A DNA stretch of 36,460 nt from Alphaproteobacteria bacterium (lineage in GTDB: Bacteria > Pseudomonadota > Alphaproteobacteria > RS24), in NCBI GenBank assembly GCA_009920875.1, contig RFZE01000001.1:1-36460 (forward strand), read 5' to 3'. Shown piece by piece: positions 29,579 through 36,460 of this stretch. Position numbers and translations under genes: made by a program. The number at the start of each line of letters is the position of its first letter. The first letter of the stretch is position 1. The notes beneath the pieces are model-generated. The model did no database searches, was not told the origin of the DNA, and was given only the letters and a program-made list of their open reading frames with translations.

Positions 29579-29608
29579 TATGTGGTGAACATGACAGGTA
29601 AATTCAAG
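29579..29608 (-). promoter_or_regulatory. Possible RpoH-type promoter for hflK-hflC-degP
   Basis: CTTGAA-N17-CCACATA on the minus strand; fits a proteostasis operon, spacing slightly long. Confidence 0.35.
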
Positions 29609-29630
29609 CTTTAACTGAGGTTTTTTAACC

Positions 29631-30650
29631 ATGAGCGGATTGGTCGAGAAAGATATTCTCGCGGCTTTGGATGCGATTACCGCCAGCGGCGATGCGCAAT
29701 CGCTGATTGCCGCCGACCGCGTGCAAGGTCTGGTGCTGCGCGATGGCAATATCGGCTTTTCCATTGAGGTTGACGGTCTGGCACCTGAAACACTGGACGG
29801 GCTGAAAACGCAAGCTGAGCAAGCAGTGCAAAAATTAGCCGGTGTCGTCTCTGTTACCTGCATTTTGACGGCCCATCGCGCGGCGCAAGAAAAAGCCCCG
29901 CATAACAGCGCCAGCACGGAAATCCCCGCTGTTTTCAAACGCATTAAAACGGTGATTGCTGTCGCTTCCGGCAAAGGCGGGGTCGGCAAATCCACCGTCG
30001 CCGTCAATCTCGCCGCCGCATTGGCAAAAGCGGGCAATGCCACCGGCCTGCTTGATGCCGATATTTACGGGCCGAGCATGCCGCAGCTTTTGGGCATTAC
30101 CGACAAACCGCAACTGAGCGAGGATAAAAACCTCATTCCCATTCAAGCGGACGGCATACACACCATGTCGATCGGCTATTTGGTCGATACCGAACAGGCG
30201 ATGATTTGGCGCGGCCCGATGGCGCAAGGCGCGCTGATGCAAATGCTGGAAGATGTCGCTTGGCCTGATTTGGATGTGCTGGTGCTCGACCTGCCGCCCG
30301 GCACGGGTGATATTCAACTGACAATGGCGCAGCGTATTCCGGTATCGGGCGCGGTGCTTGTCACCACCCCGTCTGACCTAGCATTGGCCGATGTGACCCG
30401 CGCCATCGCCATGTTTGAAAAAACCCAAGTGCCGGTGCTGGGGCTGATTGAAAACATGGCCTATCTCGACGCCCCTGATGGCACGCGCCTCTATCCGTTT
30501 GGCGAAGGCGGCGAGGCTATGGCGAAAAAGCTGAAACTGGCGCATCTCGCCGCCCTACCGCTTGATGCCGCCATTGGCACAAATGGCAGCCATGAGGCGT
30601 TTCAAAAACTGGCGGCGCGCATCAGTAAGTCGATAAAGGAAACCACATGA
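29631..30650 (+). CDS. mrp: Mrp/ApbC (NBP35 family) P-loop ATPase
   Basis: ASGKGGVGKST, DADIYGPS, WRGPM, DLPPGTGD, IENM. Confidence 0.93.
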   Translation: MSGLVEKDILAALDAITASGDAQSLIAADRVQGLVLRDGNIGFSIEVDGLAPETLDGLKTQAEQAVQKLAGVVSVTCILTAHRAAQEKAPHNSASTEIPAVFKRIKTVIAVASGKGGVGKSTVAVNLAAALAKAGNATGLLDADIYGPSMPQLLGITDKPQLSEDKNLIPIQADGIHTMSIGYLVDTEQAMIWRGPMAQGALMQMLEDVAWPDLDVLVLDLPPGTGDIQLTMAQRIPVSGAVLVTTPSDLALADVTRAIAMFEKTQVPVLGLIENMAYLDAPDGTRLYPFGEGGEAMAKKLKLAHLAALPLDAAIGTNGSHEAFQKLAARISKSIKETT

Positions 30651-30844
30651 GTGACGAGAAAAAAGCCTATCGTTTTTTGACCGGCCCCGATGATGCCGCC
30701 TTTTGCCAGCGTGTGTCCGATGCGCTACGCGAGGGCTGGGTGCTGTATGGCCCGCCGCTTATGCAAGTCGACGCGGACGGCAACCGCCATTGCGGGCAAG
30801 CCGTGGTGCTGCCGGAATTTCTCTCTACTTATTCAGAAAATTAA
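30647..30844 (+). CDS. DUF1737-like small protein
   Basis: YRFLTGPDDAAFCQRVS-AL-GW-LYG-P...CGQAV; ATGA overlap with mrp. Confidence 0.85.
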   Translation: MSDEKKAYRFLTGPDDAAFCQRVSDALREGWVLYGPPLMQVDADGNRHCGQAVVLPEFLSTYSEN

Positions 30845-31733
30845 GCGGCAGGCCGGGCGTGCCCCATTCGGTCGCCAGCAAGCGGCCAGTGCCGGACGCG
30901 GTGATGTAAGCGGTTTTCAAATCACTGCCGCCAAAGCAAATATTGGTGGTCATCGGATCGCCGGTCGGCACATGGCGAATAGCGCCGCTCTCAGGGTCAA
31001 TGCGGGAAATGCCACCATTCATAATGGTCGCGACACAAACCGTGCCATCGGCCTCCACCGCCATAGAATCGAAAAAGCTATAACCCTCAGGCGAGGCAAC
31101 AAAGTTTTTCTGCCCCGTGCGGCCGCTATCGGCCAGCTTGCCCGGCCCGTCCAGCTTCCAGCGCCATAGCCGTGCGCCTTGCGTTTCGGCGACATAGACA
31201 TAATCTTCATCAGGACTGAGACCGACACCATTGGCGGTTTCAACGGGAAACACCATTTCCTCGACGTGGCTGCCATCGGTTTTGGCGTAAAACAGCGCGC
31301 CTCGGTCTTTCAACCGGCCATGCCCTTTACCCAAATCGGTGAACCAAAAGCCACCCTGCTTGTCGAAAACAATATCATTGGGGCCGCGCAGCGGATTGCC
31401 GTTTACTTCCGTATACAGCACCTCGACCTTGCCGGTCGTCAAATCAACGCGCTCAATGCGCCCGCCCGAATAGTCTTCGGCAATATCACCGGCAAACAGC
31501 AAGCCGTTCACATCGTGCCATTCAAAGCCGCCATTATTGCAAATATAGACCGCGCCATCGGGGCCAATGGCCGCGCCGTTCGGCCCGCCGCCGGTTTCGG
31601 CAATCACTTCGATTTTTCCGTCAGGGGTGACACGGCTCAGCGTGCCGCGCGCAATCTCAACCAATATGACCGAGCCATCGGGCATGGCAATCGGCCCTTC
31701 GGGAAACAATAGGCCTGAAGTAATTTCGCGCAT
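30825..31733 (-). CDS. SMP-30/gluconolactonase family protein
   Basis: FPEGP, GGPNG, PNDIVFD-GGFWFTD, NGVGLSPD, TTNICFGG. Confidence 0.92.
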   Translation of the reverse strand: MREITSGLLFPEGPIAMPDGSVILVEIARGTLSRVTPDGKIEVIAETGGGPNGAAIGPDGAVYICNNGGFEWHDVNGLLFAGDIAEDYSGGRIERVDLTTGKVEVLYTEVNGNPLRGPNDIVFDKQGGFWFTDLGKGHGRLKDRGALFYAKTDGSHVEEMVFPVETANGVGLSPDEDYVYVAETQGARLWRWKLDGPGKLADSGRTGQKNFVASPEGYSFFDSMAVEADGTVCVATIMNGGISRIDPESGAIRHVPTGDPMTTNICFGGSDLKTAYITASGTGRLLATEWGTPGLPLNFLNK

Positions 31734-31747
31734 ATCACCCTCCCCGC

Positions 31748-32236
31748 TTAAATGCGTTTCAGCGTGATAAAACTATAATCGGCGCTATCGTTTTCGCCAG
31801 CCGAAAATCTTTCTCGCGCCGCCTCGTGCCAATCATCGGGGTTTTGCAAAGCGAATGACGTGTCGCCATCGGGCGTGGCGTGAACTTCAGTCAGGTGAAT
31901 GGTCGCAGCCTGCGGCTCGAATAATTTATAAATCTGCCCGCCGCCGATAATCATCACCGTCTCAGCATCACCTGCCGCGACCAACGCTTCCTCTGGCGTC
32001 GCGACACCGACCACCCCGTCGGGCAAATCCAACGCGCTGCGGCTTATGACAATATTCACCCGACCGGGCAAAGGCCGACCAATACTTTCCCATGTCAGTC
32101 GCCCCATAATAATCGGGCAGCCCATGGTTACTTGTTTGAAATGTTTGAGATCGGACGGCAGACGCCACGGCATATCCCCGTCTTTGCCGATAATGCCGTT
32201 CTCGGCAACGGCCACCACCATCTCAATCACCGGCAT
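31748..32236 (-). CDS. folA: Dihydrofolate reductase
   Basis: IG--G-MPW-LPSDL-HFK, IMGR-TWESI-RPLPGR, IIGGGQIY. Confidence 0.96.
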   Translation of the reverse strand: MPVIEMVVAVAENGIIGKDGDMPWRLPSDLKHFKQVTMGCPIIMGRLTWESIGRPLPGRVNIVISRSALDLPDGVVGVATPEEALVAAGDAETVMIIGGGQIYKLFEPQAATIHLTEVHATPDGDTSFALQNPDDWHEAARERFSAGENDSADYSFITLKRI

Positions 32237-32238
32237 GA

Positions 32239-33033
32239 TTAAACGGCAACCGGCGCTGCAATATGTGGCTGCGCGACATAATCAACCAATTCGAAATCAT
32301 CAAAAACAAAGCCGAAAATATCTTTTTTGTCAGGATTGATGTTAATGCTCGGCAAAACCCCGGGGCGGCGCTGCAATTGCGTGCGCGCTTGGTCAATATG
32401 ATTGAGATAAAGATGCGCATCGCCCAACGTATGCACGAAATCTCCGGCTTCCAAATCGCAAACTTGTGCCAGCATTTGCGTCAGCAGCGCATAAGAGGCG
32501 ATGTTGAACGGCACGCCGAGGAAGATATCGGCTGAACGCTGATAGAGCTGGCATGACAGCTTGCCTTTGGCGACATAAAACTGGAACAGACAATGGCAGG
32601 GCGGCAGTGCCATATTATCGACATCAGCCGGATTCCAAGCCGTGACGATATGACGACGCGAGTCAGGGTTGTTTTTCAACTGATCCACCAGAGCGGTAAT
32701 TTGGTCAATATGAGCCCCGCCCGGTGTTTGCCAACTGCGCCATTGCTTGCCGTAAACCGGACCGAGATTGCCGTCCGCATCGGCCCATTCATCCCATATT
32801 GAGACGCCGTTTTCTTTCAAATAGGCGATATTGGTGTCGCCCGAGAGAAACCACAGCAATTCATGAATAATGGATTTCAGATGCAGTTTCTTGGTTGTGA
32901 GAACCGGAAAACCTTGCCCTAAATTAAAGCGCATTTGGTGACCGAACACGGATAGCGTGCCGGTGCCGGTGCGGTCATCGCGCTGCACGCCGTGGTGCAG
33001 CACATGCTCGAGCAGGTCAAGATATTGCTTCAT
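32239..33033 (-). CDS. thyA: Thymidylate synthase
   Basis: DRTGTGT, MALPPCH, YQRSAD-FLGVPFN; 264 aa from MKQYL. Confidence 0.98.
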   Translation of the reverse strand: MKQYLDLLEHVLHHGVQRDDRTGTGTLSVFGHQMRFNLGQGFPVLTTKKLHLKSIIHELLWFLSGDTNIAYLKENGVSIWDEWADADGNLGPVYGKQWRSWQTPGGAHIDQITALVDQLKNNPDSRRHIVTAWNPADVDNMALPPCHCLFQFYVAKGKLSCQLYQRSADIFLGVPFNIASYALLTQMLAQVCDLEAGDFVHTLGDAHLYLNHIDQARTQLQRRPGVLPSININPDKKDIFGFVFDDFELVDYVAQPHIAAPVAV

Positions 33034-33117
33034 AGCCCTAATGTGCCCTTTTCGATGAAAGATTCGCAACGGGCTTTGCTGCCGCACTGTTAATTTGCTG
33101 TGTAAACTGCTATATAA

Positions 33118-33430
33118 GCCTTGTCGGCTTGCCGACTATGGCGATAAACGGGCTTCGCAATAAACCCATCGGACCCGGGGGCAGTACCCGGCGCCTCCAC
33201 CAATTCTTTCATGTTTCGGGGGCGAACCAGGATCGACGAGGGCGTAAAGGATGTTTCCGTCGCTCGGCATGGCACCATCGTTATCGGGCCATTTTTATAG
33301 TTGCAAATGACAACTATGCGGAAGTAGCTGTCGCTGCGTAAGCAGTCACACGACTTCATTTGAAGTCCACCGCCTTCGCCGGTGGTGGCGGGGTTCGGAA
33401 GGCACCTGGCAACAGAAGCCTTCCACTTTT
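33118..33430 (+). ncRNA. ssrA: Two-piece (circularly permuted) tmRNA; ends approximate
   Basis: T-arm and CGCCTCC-A-CCA (33192-33202) precede GGGGGCG (33218-33224), giving an Ala acceptor stem with G3.U70; tag frame 33303-33341 encodes ANDNYAEVAVAA*; 3' hairpin GGAAGGC/GCCTTCC. Confidence 0.96.
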
Positions 33431-33460
33431 AATTGGCCGAAAGGCAAGCAGGCAAAGCAT

Positions 33461-33985
33461 ATGACAGACTCAAACGATGATTCCGGCGACATTTATAAAT
33501 ATGCAGACCGCGCCCAAGCGGCACTGCTTGGCATGGTGCGCAAAGTTATGCAGGAAGCCGCATCAGAAGGTCTCGCCGGCGGGCACCATTTTTATATCAC
33601 CTATTTCACTTATGCTGAGGGGGTGGTGATTTCCGACAGGCTGCGCGCCCAGCATCCGGAAGAAATAACCATTGTGCTGCAAAACCAGTTTGAAGATTTA
33701 CAAATTGAACAAGACGCGTTTCATGTGACGCTGAGTTTTAATGACACGCCGGAAAGATTGACCGTGCCTTTTGCCGCTGTCAGCAAATTTTATGACCCCA
33801 GCGTTGCTTTCGGCCTGATGTTTGACGTCGATGCGCCGGATATCGACTTGACCGCCATTGAAGACCATGACGGCATTGTTGATGCAATTCTATCGGCCGA
33901 AGAAGAGCAAGCTAACGCGCCAAACGACAAATCCGATGACAAACGCGGTGAAGTTGTCAGTCTCGACAGCTTTCGCGATAAATAG
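33461..33985 (+). CDS. sspB: ClpXP adaptor SspB (alphaproteobacterial type)
   Basis: HHFYITY, P-EITIVLQNQF, FYDPSV-FGL, C-terminal VVSLDSFR; directly after ssrA. Confidence 0.92.
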   Translation: MTDSNDDSGDIYKYADRAQAALLGMVRKVMQEAASEGLAGGHHFYITYFTYAEGVVISDRLRAQHPEEITIVLQNQFEDLQIEQDAFHVTLSFNDTPERLTVPFAAVSKFYDPSVAFGLMFDVDAPDIDLTAIEDHDGIVDAILSAEEEQANAPNDKSDDKRGEVVSLDSFRDK

Positions 33986-34076
33986 TTTTCAACGCCCAAT
34001 AATAGCCGATATATTGGCGGCATGCAGTCGCCGTGCTAGACCGCTTACAGATTAAATTTCCACTGGAGAATGAAAA

Positions 34077-35468
34077 ATGGCCGATACGCGCACCGAAACC
34101 GATAGCTTTGGCCCGCTGGAAGTTGCGGCCGACAAATATTGGGGCGCGCAAACGCAACGCTCGCTCGGCAATTTCAAAATCGGCACGGAAACCATGCCGC
34201 TGCCGCTGGTGCGGGCGCTCGGCATTGTCAAAATGTCAGCCGCCAAAGCCAATATGAAACTCGACAATCTGGAAAAAGAGATTGGCGAGGCCATTGTCAG
34301 CGCCGCCAGTGAAGTGGCGGAAGGCAAGCTGAACGATCATTTCCCGCTTGTTGTTTGGCAAACCGGCTCGGGCACGCAGTCAAACATGAACTCCAATGAG
34401 GTCATCTCGAACCGCGCTATTGAAATGCTGGGCGGCACGATGGGCTCGAAAGAGCCGGTGCACCCGAACGATCATTGCAATCGCAGTCAATCATCCAATG
34501 ACACATTCCCGACCGCCATGCATATCGCGGCGGCAGAGGAAATCGTTCATATGCTGGTGCCGAGCCTGCAGCAATTGCACAATGCGCTGAACGATAAGGC
34601 GCAGAGCTTCAAAGATATTATTAAAATCGGCCGCACCCATACGCAAGACGCAACACCGCTGACATTGGGGCAAGAATTTTCCGGCTATGTCGCCATGGTG
34701 GCAAACGGCATTGCCCGCGTCGAAGGCGTGTTGCCGAAACTTTATGAATTGGCGCAAGGCGGCACAGCGGTCGGCACCGGCATTAACGCCAAAATCGGTT
34801 TTGCCGAAAAATTTGCCGATGAAGTGGCGGCCTATACCAAATTGCCTTTTGTTACCGCGCCGAACAAATTTGAGGCCTTGGCCACCCATGACGCTATGGT
34901 CGAGGCGCATGGCGCACTCAATGAGGTGGCGGTCTCGCTGTTCAAAATCGCCAATGATATTCGTCTGCTCGGCTCCGGCCCACGCTCCGGCCTCGGCGAG
35001 TTGAGCTTGCCGGAAAACGAGCCCGGCTCATCCATTATGCCGGGCAAAGTCAATCCGACCCAATGCGAAGCGCTGACCATGGTATGCGCGCAAGTGATGG
35101 GCAATAATACGGCGGTTTCTTTTGCCGGTTCGCAAGGCCATTTTGAATTGAATGTTTATAAGCCGGTGATTGCCGCCAATGTGCTGCAATCCATTCGCTT
35201 GCTCGGCGATGCGGCGGTCAGCTTTTCCGATAATTGCGTTGTCGGCATTAAAGCCAATGAAGACAATATCGCCGCGCTGATGGAACGCTCGCTCATGCTG
35301 GTCACGGCACTGGCCCCGAAAATCGGCTATGACAACGCCACCACTGTCGCCAAAACGGCGCATAAAAACGGCACGACTTTGCGCGAAGAGGCGGTCAAAG
35401 GCGGCTATGTGACGGAAGAAGAATTCGACACGATTGTCCGCCCCGAAGACATGATAGCGCCGAAATAG
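34077..35468 (+). CDS. fumC: Class II fumarate hydratase
   Basis: [38 protein letters not shown]. Confidence 0.98.
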   Translation: MADTRTETDSFGPLEVAADKYWGAQTQRSLGNFKIGTETMPLPLVRALGIVKMSAAKANMKLDNLEKEIGEAIVSAASEVAEGKLNDHFPLVVWQTGSGTQSNMNSNEVISNRAIEMLGGTMGSKEPVHPNDHCNRSQSSNDTFPTAMHIAAAEEIVHMLVPSLQQLHNALNDKAQSFKDIIKIGRTHTQDATPLTLGQEFSGYVAMVANGIARVEGVLPKLYELAQGGTAVGTGINAKIGFAEKFADEVAAYTKLPFVTAPNKFEALATHDAMVEAHGALNEVAVSLFKIANDIRLLGSGPRSGLGELSLPENEPGSSIMPGKVNPTQCEALTMVCAQVMGNNTAVSFAGSQGHFELNVYKPVIAANVLQSIRLLGDAAVSFSDNCVVGIKANEDNIAALMERSLMLVTALAPKIGYDNATTVAKTAHKNGTTLREEAVKGGYVTEEEFDTIVRPEDMIAPK

Positions 35469-35488
35469 GCATTTAATAGGTGGCGGGC

Positions 35489-35704
35489 ATGAAACCCGAA
35501 AAACGCTCCATCACCATTGCCGGTCATGCAACCAGCGTGTCATTGGAACCGCTCTTTTGGGACGCACTGAAAGAGATGGCGGCGCAGAACAAGCAATCCG
35601 TGCCCGACCTTATTCGCCAGCTTGATGCCGAGACCCGCGAAGCCAGCCTGTCATCTACTCTGCGGGTGGCGGTGTTACGTTGGGCGCGGCAGCAGTCGGG
35701 TTAA
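35489..35704 (+). CDS. Ribbon-helix-helix domain protein (RHH_4-like)
   Basis: KRSITIAGHATSVSLE-FW-AL...LSS-LRV; alternative GTG start at 35480. Confidence 0.88.
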   Translation: MKPEKRSITIAGHATSVSLEPLFWDALKEMAAQNKQSVPDLIRQLDAETREASLSSTLRVAVLRWARQQSG

Positions 35705-36460
35705 AGGCTGAGGCATCGGCCTTTAAATCGGGCTTTTCCAAATTACCGGTAATCTGCCACAACACGGGTCTTTGGCGATCAAACGGATAAAGCGCAAAAG
35801 CCGCATCGACTTCCAACCCGACCATATCCAGCGCCCCTTCAAGCCGCGCTTCATTCAACCCATCCGCAAAAACAAAATCGCTGCTCGCCGTCTCAATTAC
35901 GCCTGCACGCATATTGGCGCGCCCGAGACCACGCGCGAAACTCAATCGATGAGCGCCGGTATATTGCGCCATTAAGGTTGACGCATCACCATCAAATTCG
36001 GCGCCGCGCACTGCTTCTGCAAAACCGACAGCATCGAAGAAAGTCAACGCGCCCGGCGCAATTTCAAAATTCAGTTCGCCGTTCAGCCCGCTCATGACGG
36101 CACGCGGTGACGGACCGCGCCCTTCAAGCCGCAAGACGCCGCTCAACGCCGCATCGACCAAACCATTGCCATAGCGTGCCGCGATAAGGGCGTTCGGATT
36201 GACATCGTTAAACTGAGCATTAAAGGCAAAACGTGGTGTCAGCAGACCGCCCTCCGCCAACACATTGGCGGTTATGCCTCCGCCCAAAAGCGCGCCAGAC
36301 ATATCAGGCGCTTCCAGCACACCATCGGTCAGTTTCAAGCGCCCGCTCAGCGCATCCAGCACCAAATTTCCAAACCGTGTGTTTGTGGCACGCAATTCAA
36401 TATCGGCATTGCCGCGCCCCAATAGCGACCAGCGCATGCTCTCAGCACTCCAATTATTTT
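35655..36460 (-). CDS. AsmA-like protein, C-terminal part (5' end outside the window)
   Basis: Frame stays open past 36437 to the window edge; Gly-rich alternating beta pattern, LNGELNF and ITGNLEKP motifs of AsmA C-termini. Confidence 0.7.
   Translation of the reverse strand, partial: NNWSAESMRWSLLGRGNADIELRATNTRFGNLVLDALSGRLKLTDGVLEAPDMSGALLGGGITANVLAEGGLLTPRFAFNAQFNDVNPNALIAARYGNGLVDAALSGVLRLEGRGPSPRAVMSGLNGELNFEIAPGALTFFDAVGFAEAVRGAEFDGDASTLMAQYTGAHRLSFARGLGRANMRAGVIETASSDFVFADGLNEARLEGALDMVGLEVDAAFALYPFDRQRPVLWQITGNLEKPDLKADASAFNPTAAAPNVTPPPAE

Noticed and set aside
33034-33359. thyA extension to 33087 and ORFs 33129-33341 (+) and 33090-33359 (-)
   Set aside because: They overlap the ssrA promoter and RNA; the plus ORF merely ends in the tmRNA tag frame.
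35655-35704. 50 bp convergent overlap of the RHH and AsmA-like genes (and 20 bp at 30825-30844)
   Set aside because: Short tail-to-tail overlaps in low-constraint C-termini are common in compact genomes.

Overview
A 36.5 kb, mostly core-genome window from an alphaproteobacterium. The class assignment rests on a permuted two-piece tmRNA followed by sspB, a Shemin-pathway ALA synthase, and the thyA-folA / hflKC-DUF2065-degP / serB / miaA-ilvIHC synteny. An intact mreBCD-mrdA-rodA operon argues against the MreB-less rhizobia; anything finer is inference. About 40 CDSs are supportable, covering fatty-acid oxidation, heme synthesis, cell shape, branched-chain amino acids, proteostasis, folate/dTMP synthesis and fumarase. 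I see no integrase, transposase, CRISPR array, rRNA or tRNA. The most unusual stretch is about 1137-1844: two inverted copies of a ~70-75 bp structured element (44 bp core, 40/44 identical, with hairpins that keep their shape but not their sequence) enclose an AT-rich patch, a heavily base-paired ~150 nt leader that can sequester a Shine-Dalgarno site, and an orphan single-TM small protein. The second notable feature, absent from the ORF track, is a Leu-codon leader peptide upstream of leuA whose Leu codons are complementary to the leuA SD, plus an 8-codon mini-ORF just ahead of leuA.
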